64,000 nucleotides of DNA from Oscillospiraceae bacterium (GTDB lineage: Bacteria; Bacillota; Clostridia; Oscillospirales; Ruminococcaceae): positions 19,045 through 83,044 of the forward strand of contig JBMNHF010000004.1 of NCBI GenBank assembly GCA_050950205.1, in the 5' to 3' direction. Below are positions 9,929 to 19,167 of the stretch, piece by piece. The notes under the pieces were generated by a model. That model did no database searches. It was not told where the DNA came from and saw only the letters and a program-made list of their open reading frames with translations. The position numbers and the translations under genes are program-made. Every line of letters starts with the position of its first letter. Position 1 is the first letter of the stretch.

Positions 9929-10948
9929 ATGAAGATAGCTGTCTTTGCTTACAGCCGTCAGGGATGCCGCGTGGCGCGCCGGGTTATGGAACATTTCGAA
10001 AAAGAGGAAGTGCGCGCTTTCACCATGGAGCGTTTTGGCGAAGACGGCTTTGAGCCTATTTGCCGCCCATCCGTCCCTTTTTACGGGCCGATTTTTCACT
10101 GGGCGGAGGCCCTCGTGTTCATCGGCTCTTGCGGAATTGCCGTGCGGGAGATTGCGCCCCATGTGCGTGACAAGAGAACCGATCCCGCTGTGATTGCAAT
10201 CGATGAACTGGGGCGTTTTGCCGTTCCGCTTTTATCCGGCCATATCGGCGGGGCCAACGCGATGGCGCTGGATCTTGCCCGGCTGCTGGGGGCAACGCCC
10301 GTCATCACCACGGCGACGGACATAAACAATCGCTTCTCGGTGGATACATGGGCGGCGCGGAACGGATACGTCATCCCAAACATACACAGAGCAAAAATCG
10401 TGTCCGCTCGAATATTGGAGCAGGACGTGCCATTGCGCAGTGATTTTCCGGTGTTGACGGCTTATCCGAACGGCGTTGTGCCCGGAGATTCCGGTGAGGT
10501 TGGGATCTGCATTAGCTACAAAAAAGAGGAGCCTTTTATTGAGACGCTCCGCCTGATACCGCCTGCATTGCATTTGGGAATCGGCTGCAGAAAAGGCGCG
10601 ACCGCAGAGTCGATCCGAGAGGCGGTGGAAGCCGTGCTGGCTCGGCATAACATTGATAAACGAGCCATCGCGTGCGCCGCGTCCATCGACCTGAAAGCAA
10701 ATGAACAGGGACTCTTGGATTTTTGCTGGGAAAACGGATGGCCGATTTCCTTTTATTCCGCCGAAGAGCTTTCCAGGGTAAGGGGTGATTTTACCCCGTC
10801 AGACTTTGTGGAAAGCGTTACGGGTGTGGATAATGTGTGCGAGCGCGCGGCGCTCACTGGTGCGAAGGAACTCATTGTAAAAAAGACTGCCATAGGCGGC
10901 GTAACCATCGCCATAGCAGCGGAAAATGTGGAGGTGCGCTTTGGGTAA
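9929..10948 (+). CDS. cbiG: Cobalt-precorrin-5A hydrolase
   Basis: DPAVIAIDE, LLSGHIGGAN, ITTATD, LGIGCRKG, VCERAA. Confidence 0.95.
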   Translation: MKIAVFAYSRQGCRVARRVMEHFEKEEVRAFTMERFGEDGFEPICRPSVPFYGPIFHWAEALVFIGSCGIAVREIAPHVRDKRTDPAVIAIDELGRFAVPLLSGHIGGANAMALDLARLLGATPVITTATDINNRFSVDTWAARNGYVIPNIHRAKIVSARILEQDVPLRSDFPVLTAYPNGVVPGDSGEVGICISYKKEEPFIETLRLIPPALHLGIGCRKGATAESIREAVEAVLARHNIDKRAIACAASIDLKANEQGLLDFCWENGWPISFYSAEELSRVRGDFTPSDFVESVTGVDNVCERAALTGAKELIVKKTAIGGVTIAIAAENVEVRFG

Positions 10949-11671
10949 AGTTGTCGTTGTGGGAATCGGCCCGGGTAACTATGAAAACATGACGGTCGGG
11001 GCGGATCAGGCCCTGCAGAAGGCGGATGTTATTGTTGGATACCACGTTTATGTGGATTTGATTAAAGAGCGCTATCCTGAAAAAGAGTTCATCACAACGC
11101 CTATGACGCAGGAAACAAAGCGCTGCCGGATGGCCCTCAATGCCGCCGGGTTGGGCAAAACCGTCGCCATGGTCTGCTCCGGTGACAGCGGCATCTATGG
11201 AATGGCCGCGCTGATATACGAGCTGAGGGGCGAGAGTGAGGAGCCGGAAATCGAAGTGATTCCCGGCCTTACTGCGGCAAGCAGCGGGGCGGCGCTTTTG
11301 GGGGCGCCGCTGACCCACGATTTTGCGGTCATCAGCTTAAGCGACCGTTTAACCCCGTGGAAAACGATTGAAAAACGGCTGGAGGCGGCGGCTGAAGCGG
11401 ATCTCTCCATCGTTTTATACAATCCGGCGAGCCACGGTCGGCCCGACCATCTGCGCCGGGCATGTGACATTCTTCTGCGCCGTCTGCCGAAGGAGCGCCC
11501 CTGCGGGATAGTCCAGCATATCGGACGGGAGGGGAAAACCGCCGGTTTACGACGCTCGGGGAGCTTAAGGACGCCGACGTCGATATGTTCTGCACCGTTT
11601 TTATTGGCAATGCCTCCACCAAAGTCATCGGCGGCAACATGGTCACGCCGCGAGGGTACCGCGATGTATAA
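10941..11671 (+). pseudogene. cbiH: Cobalt-precorrin-3 C17-methyltransferase with a single-base frameshift at about 11531-11534
   Basis: TTG start MGKVVVVGIGPG, CSGDSGIYGMA, HDFAVISLSD. The conserved C-terminus (ENRRFTTLGELKDADVDMFCTVFIGNASTKVIGGNMVTPRGYRDV*) continues in another frame after CGG GAG GGG; adding one G to the G4 run restores it. Confidence 0.88.
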
Positions 11672-13655
11672 GCTTTGTGTGTTTGCCGGCACAACGGAGG
11701 GGCGCAGGTTGATTGAGTTTCTTGCCGCCCAGCCTGCCTGCGTCACCGCCTGCGTGGCGACGGAGTACGGCGAGGCCCTTTTGGAGCCGTCTGAAAATCT
11801 TACGGTGCTTAGCCGACGGCTCACAGCGGATGAAATGACGCAGTTTTTTAAGGAAAACGCTTTTGAGCTCGTCATCGACGCCACGCACCCTTATGCCGCA
11901 GCCGTCACCGAGAACATTCGCCATGCGTGCGGATTAGCGGGCACAGAGTATCTGCGGCTCGCTCGGAAGGATTCGGAGATTTCCGCCGATGCCGTCTGTG
12001 TGCCCGACGTTGCCGCGGCCATTGAGTTTTTAAATTCAACGGAGGGAAATATTTTGCTCACAACGGGGAGCAAGGAAATCAACAAGTTTGCAGGACTAAA
12101 TGGGTTTTCTGAGCGTGTGTACGCCCGCGTTCTTCCCATGACAGACTCCCTTGAAGCCTGTCGAGCCGTTGGGCTTCAGCCGGATCATATCATTGCCATG
12201 CAGGGGCCGTTTACGGAGGAAATGAACGAGGCGATGGCGCGGTTTGTCTCCGCCAAGTGGCTTGTTACGAAAGACGGGGGAGATGCGGGTGGTTTTGATT
12301 CCAAAGCGGCCGCGGCGCAAAAAGCGGGGGCCCGTATTTTGGTTATCGGGCGGCCGGCTCAGGTAGAAGGGTTTTCTTTAGCGGATACAATCGAGCAGCT
12401 GTGTTCACGGTTTGGTTTTGTTCGGAAACCGTGTGTGAGCATTGTGGGTATAGGCCCGGGCAGCCGGGATTCCATGACAGTCGCGGCGCGGCGAGCCATC
12501 GAAAAGGCCGACTGCCTCATCGGGGCAAAACGCATGCTTCATGCGGTCGCCTCATCTGGGAAAAAACTCTATGATGCGATAGCGCCGAACGATATAGCGG
12601 CTTTCATTAGAGACCATGGTGAATATCGACGTTTTGCGGTTGTCCTATCCGGCGATGTGGGTTTTTATAGTGGAGCGAAAAAACTCCTGCCGCTTCTTTC
12701 CGACTGCGAGGTTGAGGTTCAGCCTGGCGTGAGCTCTCTTGTCTATCTGTGTGCCAGACTGAAAACCTCTTATGAAGACGTGGTTACGGCGAGCGTTCAC
12801 GGGAGGGAAGAGAATATCGTCCCCGTGGTTAAGGGGAATCCCCGCGTGTTTGTTCTGGTCGGCGACGAGGGGGGCATGGCAGATTTATGCCGGTCTTTAA
12901 TTGATGCCGGGCTTGGAGACGTAAAGCTGCATATCGGTGAGCGGCTGAGCTATTCCGATGAGAGAATAACGTCAGGTACGGCGAGAGAGCTCGCTTGCGG
13001 CGTGTATGACGCGCTCTGCGTCGCCCTTATAGAAAACGAGAAGGCGGGCGCCGTTGTTACCCACGGGCTGCCGGACGAAGCATTTTGGCGGGGAAACGGA
13101 GAGGACGGAATCGTCCCCATGACGAAGAGCGAAGTGCGCTCGGTCTGCCTCTCTAAACTTCGGCTCACGGATCGGGCCGTCTGCTGGGATATTGGCGCAG
13201 GGACAGGGTCAGTAGCCATTGAAATGGCGATTCAAGCAAAAAACGGGCATGTCTTTGCCGTTGAACGAAATGAAGCAGCCCTCTCTCTTATAGAGAAAAA
13301 CAAAGAGCGTCTGGGCGTCCGCAACTTGACAGTGGTGAACGGCTATGCTCCAGATGCCTGCCGTGACCTGCCGGCTCCGACCCATGTGTTTATCGGCGGC
13401 AGCAATGGCAATATGCGGGAGATTCTCGCGCTTTTGCTGGAGAAAAACCCAAACGTTCGCATTGTAGCGACGGCGGTTACGCTGGAGTCGATTGCGGAGC
13501 TTGCAGACTGCATGAAGGAGTATCCTTTTACGGAAACCGAGACTGTCTCTATGACAATCGCGCGGGATAGGAAGCTTGGCGCATACCATCTGATGACGGG
13601 GCGTAACCCGGTATACATTTATACCCTGCAGGCGGGGGACGCTGCCGGCGGGTAA
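11664..13655 (+). CDS. cbiJ: Trifunctional CbiJ-CbiE-CbiT (precorrin-6 reductase / C5-methyltransferase / C15-methyltransferase-decarboxylase)
   Basis: MYKLCVFAGTTEG...IDATHPYA (CbiJ); VGIGPG...LSGDVGFYSG (CbiE); PMTKSEVR...WDIGAGTGSV (CbiT). Its ATG overlaps the native cbiH stop (ATGTATAA). Confidence 0.92.
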   Translation: MYKLCVFAGTTEGRRLIEFLAAQPACVTACVATEYGEALLEPSENLTVLSRRLTADEMTQFFKENAFELVIDATHPYAAAVTENIRHACGLAGTEYLRLARKDSEISADAVCVPDVAAAIEFLNSTEGNILLTTGSKEINKFAGLNGFSERVYARVLPMTDSLEACRAVGLQPDHIIAMQGPFTEEMNEAMARFVSAKWLVTKDGGDAGGFDSKAAAAQKAGARILVIGRPAQVEGFSLADTIEQLCSRFGFVRKPCVSIVGIGPGSRDSMTVAARRAIEKADCLIGAKRMLHAVASSGKKLYDAIAPNDIAAFIRDHGEYRRFAVVLSGDVGFYSGAKKLLPLLSDCEVEVQPGVSSLVYLCARLKTSYEDVVTASVHGREENIVPVVKGNPRVFVLVGDEGGMADLCRSLIDAGLGDVKLHIGERLSYSDERITSGTARELACGVYDALCVALIENEKAGAVVTHGLPDEAFWRGNGEDGIVPMTKSEVRSVCLSKLRLTDRAVCWDIGAGTGSVAIEMAIQAKNGHVFAVERNEAALSLIEKNKERLGVRNLTVVNGYAPDACRDLPAPTHVFIGGSNGNMREILALLLEKNPNVRIVATAVTLESIAELADCMKEYPFTETETVSMTIARDRKLGAYHLMTGRNPVYIYTLQAGDAAGG

Positions 13656-13688
13656 CCCAAAGATCGTGGTTGTGGAAAGGAAACGACG

Positions 13689-15152
13689 ATGGCAAAGAAC
13701 ATTATGATACAGGGGACCATGTCCAACGCGGGAAAGAGCCTGCTGGCGGCGGCGCTGTGCCGCATTTTTAGGCAGGACGGCTACCGCGTCGCTCCCTTTA
13801 AGAGCCAGAACATGGCCCTCAACTCCTTCATCACGGAGACGGGGGGCGAGATGGGGCGGGCGCAGGTGGTGCAGGCGGAGTGTGCCGGCATCGCGCCGGA
13901 CGTGCGCATGAACCCCATTCTCCTCAAGCCCACCACGGACAAGGGCAGCCAGGTTATCGTCGGCGGCAGGGCGCTGGGGAACATGACGGCGACGGAGTAC
14001 TACGCGAAGAAGATGGACTTTCTTCCCATGGTCATGGACGCCTACAACAGCCTCGCCGCGGAAAGCGATGTCATCGTCATCGAGGGGGCGGGGAGTCCCG
14101 CGGAGATTAACCTTAAGCGGGACGACTTCGTGAACATGGGCCTTGCAAAACTCGTGGACGCGCCGGTGCTGCTGGCGGGGGACATTGACAGAGGCGGCGT
14201 CTTCGCCCAGCTTTACGGGACGATTGTCCTTCTCGACCCGGACGAGCGGGCGCGGGTTAAGGGGACTATCGTCAACAAGTTCCGGGGGGACCGCTCCATT
14301 TTAGAGCCGGGGCTGAAAACCCTGGAGGAGCTCTGCGGCGTCCCCGTGGCGGGCGTCGTGCCATACATCCACGTGAACATCGACGATGAGGACAGCCTTA
14401 CAGAGCGTTTCCACCGAAGCACCAAGAAGGGACTTATCGACATCGCCGTCATCCGCCTTCCCTATATCTCGAACTTCACGGACTTTGCCCCCTTCGAGCG
14501 GCAGGAGAACGTCTCCCTGCGGTATGTGGAGAGCGTTGGGGAGCTTGGCCGCCCGGATATGATTATCCTGCCCGGGACGAAAAGCACCATCGCAGACCTC
14601 GTCTGGCTGCGGGAGAGCGGCCTTGAGACAGCTATCCTGCAGGCGGCGTCTTCCGGAACGCTGGTGTTCGGCATTTGCGGCGGGTATCAGATGCTCGGGC
14701 GCAAGATATCCGACCCGGAGCAGGTGGAGTCGGCGGGGCTTACGGAAATTCGCGGCATGGGCCTTCTTGAGATGGACACGGTTTTCCGCGGGGAAAAGGT
14801 GCAGACCCAGACGAAGGGTGTGTTCGATGCGGTGCCCGGGATGCTCTCGGGTCTTAGCGGCATGGCCTACGAAGGCTACGAGATTCATATGGGCCGCAGC
14901 GAGGAAAAAATGCCCGCGATTATGGGCGCGGGCAGCGTGTACGGCAGCTACATCCACGGAATTTTCGACGCGCCGGGGATTTGCGAGACGATTCTCAGAG
15001 CCTTGTGCCGCAAAAAGGGGATTGCCTTCGAGACCCTCGGGGCGGAGGACCCCCGGGCATACAAGGAAAGGCAGTACGACATCCTCGCCGCCGCCGTGCG
15101 AGAAGGCCTCGACATGGACTTTGTGTATCGGGCGCTGAATAGAGAGGTTTGA
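13689..15152 (+). CDS. cbiP: Cobyric acid synthase
   Basis: [53 protein letters not shown]. Confidence 0.97.
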   Translation: MAKNIMIQGTMSNAGKSLLAAALCRIFRQDGYRVAPFKSQNMALNSFITETGGEMGRAQVVQAECAGIAPDVRMNPILLKPTTDKGSQVIVGGRALGNMTATEYYAKKMDFLPMVMDAYNSLAAESDVIVIEGAGSPAEINLKRDDFVNMGLAKLVDAPVLLAGDIDRGGVFAQLYGTIVLLDPDERARVKGTIVNKFRGDRSILEPGLKTLEELCGVPVAGVVPYIHVNIDDEDSLTERFHRSTKKGLIDIAVIRLPYISNFTDFAPFERQENVSLRYVESVGELGRPDMIILPGTKSTIADLVWLRESGLETAILQAASSGTLVFGICGGYQMLGRKISDPEQVESAGLTEIRGMGLLEMDTVFRGEKVQTQTKGVFDAVPGMLSGLSGMAYEGYEIHMGRSEEKMPAIMGAGSVYGSYIHGIFDAPGICETILRALCRKKGIAFETLGAEDPRAYKERQYDILAAAVREGLDMDFVYRALNREV

Positions 15153-15411
15153 GTCTACTGTAATTGAAGCATGGTCTCGAGTATTTTTGGTTTGGCGGAA
15201 TTATTCTTTAGTTGAAAACATTAAGCCATCAGACACATAGATAGACAGAAACTCGGGCAACTAAAAGCAATAACCGATGTCTGCCAATATATACTTGTCA
15301 ATAGGCTTAAATCAAATGGGGTTCCACTGGCACCCCATTATTTATGTAGGGAATACCCAGTGATGAAGGATCAATGTTGTTACTAGGACAACATCCAGCT
15401 TTTCGGAAACG

Positions 15412-15449
15412 ATTTCGCCGACCGGCTTGCCGGTCGGCGAAATTTCTTT
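15412..15449. terminator. Intrinsic terminator hairpin, possibly bidirectional
   Basis: Perfect 15-bp inverted repeat ATTTCGCCGACCGGC/GCCGGTCGGCGAAAT followed by TTCTTTT. Confidence 0.75.
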
Positions 15450-15609
15450 TGCTATGTCTGCAGCATGGAGTCATAATTACCTTTGCTGTGTGCATCCAGA
15501 TGGGCGTCTTTCAGATACATTTTTTCAACCGATAGGTTTGGGTGTTCTTCGAGAATCTTTCGTACTGATCCATCATTTTCATTTTTCTTGAGCAGTAACA
15601 GAATATTGT

Positions 15610-15903
15610 TTATCGTAATGAGTGGCTCGAAAAGATATGCCCGGCTTTGGGTTTTTCGGTAAGCTGATAATATATATCATAGGCTTCCGTAGCCACATCA
15701 ATGGACATTACCTGTGCTTGTCCCACCGAAAGGAGTGCATCTACTCTTGCCTTTAGGTGCGCAATCCCGGGATAGGACAGTTCGTCATAAACAGTTTTAG
15801 GAATAACGATCCTACCGGGATATAACTTAACCAATAAATTTTCATTCCCAACCCACAAAAAAGCCGAGATACAGTCGCTATCAAAAAAGAGCGAATCAGT
15901 CAA
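15610..15903 (-). pseudogene. PIN-domain protein, C-terminally truncated (97 aa)
   Basis: TTG start overlapping the ImmA-like stop; LFFDSDCISAF and IPKTVYDEL PIN motifs present; the expected GxGEA motif and C-terminal half are missing after PKAGHI. Confidence 0.65.
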
Positions 15904-16654
15904 GCAATTCGCCCCCTTCGATTTCCTCCCCATAGACGAGGTCGGAACGGAAAGCAGATAGCAGCAATTCATCATATTTGCCGCTGGATATTAGCCCTTG
16001 TTCCAAAGCTTTTTCCGCCTGCTGAATATAGTAGCCGTATGTCCTGTATCGCTTATCTTCGGGTGTCGGTCTATAGAGTGTATCATCGTAGCCAAGATTA
16101 AGAGCAGATAAAATTACGTTTTGGCGCATTGAATCAGCTTCTTCACGGGTTAATTCATTTTCGCTGAGCAGCCGGTAAAGGATAGCTTGGCGGCTAACAC
16201 GAAAGTATTGCTCCAAACGCACAACATCATGAATGGAAAGCTTGGCGGAGCTCGACTTTTTCAGCTGGTCAATTTTATCCGAAAGGGCATCCGGGGGCAT
16301 AAGCAAATACGATGCAAACTGATCTGCTTGCTTTTCCTTTTCATTTCCCTCGCCGATTGTTTTTGCACACACCGCAGTGAGTTCGTCATCATCAAAATAC
16401 AGGTGATATAGTTCATGAGCCATGGAAAAGCGCTGCCTTCCAAGGGTCATGGCTGAATTAATGGCGATGACATTGCTGCCGGTTCCCTTAATACAAATAC
16501 CGCTAATGTGATTCCCCATCGGATAGTATACGATGGATAATTTATCGATTGTATGAACCAATGCCAATATATCGATCGGAGAAGTCGCATCTTCTCCAAG
16601 CTCTTTCCGTAAACTGAGAGCTTTTTTCCATAACTCTATTCTATCCATTGGCAT
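15896..16654 (-). CDS. ImmA/IrrE-family (COG2856-like) zinc metallopeptidase
   Basis: RQRFSMAHELYHL HExxH motif; EKQADQFASYLLMP; VSRQAILYRL. Confidence 0.9.
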   Translation of the reverse strand: MPMDRIELWKKALSLRKELGEDATSPIDILALVHTIDKLSIVYYPMGNHISGICIKGTGSNVIAINSAMTLGRQRFSMAHELYHLYFDDDELTAVCAKTIGEGNEKEKQADQFASYLLMPPDALSDKIDQLKKSSSAKLSIHDVVRLEQYFRVSRQAILYRLLSENELTREEADSMRQNVILSALNLGYDDTLYRPTPEDKRYRTYGYYIQQAEKALEQGLISSGKYDELLLSAFRSDLVYGEEIEGGELLD

Positions 16655-16994
16655 GCTCACCCTCAAGCAATTGAGTCATAAAGTGGCTATTTAAAGCAAT
16701 CCTGTTTATGGCGCTAATTGCGTCCAAGTCATCTTCTCCGATTTCGCTTGCACGAAGCGCAAAGGACAGCGGTTTAACCTTCATTTCCGGCTCCATGAGT
16801 GCAGATACCCGCGTACCAAACAAGGCTGCAAGCTTATCCAGCATATCCGCCGTCAGTGCCCGTTTGCCTTTCTCGACCATAGACACAAGGCTTTGATCGA
16901 CATGAAGATAATTAGCCACATTGCTTTGTGTAAGGCCGCTATTTTCGCGCAGAGATTTTATCCTTGCTCCGATGATCTCCAGAGAGTTATTCAT
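16641..16994 (-). CDS. XRE-family HTH transcriptional regulator
   Basis: IKSLRENSGLTQSNVANYLHVDQSLVSMVEKG HTH_3 pattern. Confidence 0.9.
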   Translation of the reverse strand: MNNSLEIIGARIKSLRENSGLTQSNVANYLHVDQSLVSMVEKGKRALTADMLDKLAALFGTRVSALMEPEMKVKPLSFALRASEIGEDDLDAISAINRIALNSHFMTQLLEGEHANG

Positions 16995-17353
16995 GATAAT
17001 GCCTCCCTTCTATATTTATAGTATATGCCGCATTTGTCATATTGTCGATCAAATTTATAGCTTATTTTATGACAGTGCTTAGGCATTTATTATTCTCTGA
17101 TTATGCTTCTATACATTGATACTGAATTTAATGGGATTTTGTTTGAAACAACAAGTTCAATGTGTTCAATTTTTATAAGATATATCTTTGATGTTGTATT
17201 GTTATGGAAAGAGATAAAGAGGTGTTTTGTTTATGATTAAACGAGAGTCACATATGAGTCATATTCGTCCCTTCATAGGAAACGATCTCATTAAGATTTT
17301 AACCGGCATCCGGTGTCTTATTTTCGATGCCAGTTGCAGTCAGCGAAATTCAA

Positions 17354-17393
17354 TTGATATTCTAAAGAAATTCGTGTATAATATCTTTAGAAT
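17354..17393 (+). promoter_or_regulatory. sigmaA promoter with TA operator inverted repeat
   Basis: TTGATA(17354)-17 bp-TATAAT(17377); ATTCTAAAGA(17359-68) and TCTTTAGAAT(17384-93) form a 10-bp inverted repeat around the -10. Confidence 0.75.
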
Positions 17394-17413
17394 TGTGTAA
17401 GGAGGTAAACGCT

Positions 17414-17701
17414 ATGCCAAATATAAAGTCCAGCACTGACCTGCGGAATAACTATAATGAGATATCCACCTTCTGTCATGAAAGCCGTGAACCTGTTTTT
17501 ATCACAAAAAACGGGCAGGGAGATTTGGCGGTTATGAGCATTGAAACCTATGAGGCACTCAGCGGCAAGCTTGAACTGTATCACCTGCTTGACGAAGGAC
17601 GATCGGCCGTCAAAGCGGGTAAAAAGCGTCCACTTCAAGATGTCATGAAGGATATTAAGCGAGGCATCGCCGATGGCGAAATATTGGGTAGATGTATCTG
17701 A
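17414..17701 (+). CDS. Phd/YefM-family antitoxin
   Basis: IKSSTDLRNNYNEIS...PVFITKNGQGDLAVMSIETYE; RBS AAGGAGG. Confidence 0.92.
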   Translation: MPNIKSSTDLRNNYNEISTFCHESREPVFITKNGQGDLAVMSIETYEALSGKLELYHLLDEGRSAVKAGKKRPLQDVMKDIKRGIADGEILGRCI

Positions 17702-17987
17702 ACCAGCCGAAAACGACCTTAGGGACATTGTTCGGTATATTGCTTCTCAGCTGTCAGCTCCCATATCGGCAACTCGTATGATGGAGCTTTTTGAAGAGGC
17801 AATGCTAAGTCTGTCCGATATGCCGCAGCGCTGTCCGCTTGTTTCAGACGATCGTCTATCTCAAATGGGATACAGGAAACTAATTGTAAAAAATTACGTT
17901 GTGTTTTTTTCCATAGACGAGAAGAACAAGGTGGTTGACGTTGAAAGAATTCTGTACGGCAGACGCGACTGGATCAGATTTTTATAA
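17673..17987 (+). CDS. RelE/ParE-family toxin
   Basis: VSEPAENDLRDIVRYI...GYRKLIVKNYVVFF...VERILYGRRD; overlaps the antitoxin gene. Confidence 0.9.
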   Translation: MAKYWVDVSEPAENDLRDIVRYIASQLSAPISATRMMELFEEAMLSLSDMPQRCPLVSDDRLSQMGYRKLIVKNYVVFFSIDEKNKVVDVERILYGRRDWIRFL

Positions 17988-18058
17988 TCGATACAAGAAC
18001 AGGGTGACACTATGCAAAGTAGTCACCCTGTTTTCATGTAAATGGATGCGCCGAGCAT

Positions 18059-18622
18059 TTAGGGATTTCGATACTGATCCAGCAGCTCTATATGCTTTTT
18101 GGACTTCTGATGGATGCGGCAAGCTTCTGTTGCCATATAGTTTATCAAGCTGTCCTTTGGCACTAAATACTTGGTATAATACCATACCCCCGTTATCTTT
18201 TCTGCCTTGATCCATTCAGATACTGTGGTTTGGCAGTATCCCGTTAGCTTTGTGACATCATTTACCGTGAGGGCATCCGGAAAAGTGTGCCACTTGTTCT
18301 TAAGCATTGCCATAAACTTCTCGGAGTTGATTGCCTTCGCCGTTTGGCGCTTCGGTTTATATTTTATTCCGCTTGAAAATATCCCCGGTGGTGTCAGCAG
18401 GGTCTCAGGAGATTCTTCCAAGCGGGTAAGGTATGCAATAACGTCGGTTATTTGGATTTTAAACCTGCGGGTCTTTTTGCCGGTATCCTCGCAGGGGATA
18501 TATCCGTTCTCCAAAAGCCATGTGGCTTTTCGTTTGCTTATGCGGCAAATTCTGTAAAGCTGGTCTTGACTTATCTTCTCCGGATATTCAGCCAGAAGGT
18601 AAGAGTAGTCGGTGGCCATCAT
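18059..18622 (-). CDS. Excisionase-like protein with two HTH_17-type DNA-binding repeats
   Basis: ISQDQLYRICRISKRKATWLL and LTVNDVTKLTGYCQTTVSEWIK winged-helix patterns; adjacent to the att-like site. Confidence 0.7.
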   Translation of the reverse strand: MMATDYSYLLAEYPEKISQDQLYRICRISKRKATWLLENGYIPCEDTGKKTRRFKIQITDVIAYLTRLEESPETLLTPPGIFSSGIKYKPKRQTAKAINSEKFMAMLKNKWHTFPDALTVNDVTKLTGYCQTTVSEWIKAEKITGVWYYTKYLVPKDSLINYMATEACRIHQKSKKHIELLDQYRNP

Positions 18623-18778
18623 CGTTCCTCCCATCACATTGATCCTTAGGACAGAGAATTATGCTCTGTCTGCTGCAGGATGTTCTGTTAAAAATCAATG
18701 TCAATGGTAGGATACGCTTGGTTTTGCTTTTTCAAATCGCCGGGAAACTAAAGTATCTTAAGGTTATTTCGCCGGTTG

Positions 18779-18811
18779 TTTTTCTACGGTTTTTCTACAC
18801 TTTTTCTACAC
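18779..18811. repeat. Three tandem 11-bp repeats TTTTTCTAC(GG/AC), candidate integrase arm-binding sites
   Basis: TTTTTCTACGG TTTTTCTACAC TTTTTCTACAC, about 150 bp from the tRNA fragment. Confidence 0.65.
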
Positions 18812-18963
18812 TTTGCCCTGAAAACCGCTAAATCAGTGTGGTATGCCCCTGCGGGGAAATATCGGCGTTTGTGTCTGAAAAGCCTTTATTTATGCGGGTT
18901 TGCGGGATTTTATCTTCTCCTAAAGTTACTCTCGCAAACTCATAAGAACTTGCCTTCAAATAA

Positions 18964-19021
18964 CTCGAAATCAGGTTGTCGAGCAATCGGCACGTGAGTT
19001 CGAATCTCACCGCCTCCGCCA
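18964..19021 (+). pseudogene. 3' half of tRNA-Ser(CGA), att-like site
   Basis: CT-CGA-AA loop, TCAGG stem 3' strand, long variable arm with GCAA loop, GTGAG-TTCGAAT-CTCAC T-arm, CGCCTCC-G-CCA end. The upstream sequence forms no D-arm, acceptor 5' strand or anticodon 5' strand. Confidence 0.9.
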
Positions 19022-19028
19022 AGGTTAT

Positions 19029-19071
19029 CAGGATAGAATGGATGCATCACATGATTCTATCCTGAATTTTT
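19029..19071 (+). terminator. Terminator-like hairpin downstream of the tRNA-Ser fragment
   Basis: CAGGATAGAAT/ATTCTATCCTG 11-bp stem followed by AATTTTT. Confidence 0.6.
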
Positions 19072-19167
19072 ATTATTATGATGTGGATAACGATAGCCCA
19101 GCCGGGATAGAACGTCTTTTGAGGCTCCTTATTTCGGCATGGTAGACAGATTGTGGAGCTTGATCGA

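Larger units (their letters stand above)
1..19021. mobile_element. Right end of a probable tRNA-Ser(CGA)-integrated genomic island carrying heme/cobalamin biosynthesis genes (left end outside window)
   Basis: Orphan 3' half of tRNA-Ser at 18964-19021, three 11-bp tandem repeats at 18779-18811, excisionase-like HTH gene, TA modules and AT-rich cargo at 15.2-18.7 kb. No integrase in the window; inclusion of the cob genes is inferred. Confidence 0.6.

Noticed and set aside
10926-13655. 909-aa four-domain CbiH-J-E-T fusion shown in the ORF track
   Set aside because: The linker is out-of-frame cbiH sequence; the native CbiH C-terminus and stop sit in another frame, so the fusion results from a one-base deletion.
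17240-17265. TATGAGTCATA palindrome and GAGTCA repeat in AT-rich intergenic DNA
   Set aside because: Too short to distinguish from chance; no associated recombinase or relaxase.
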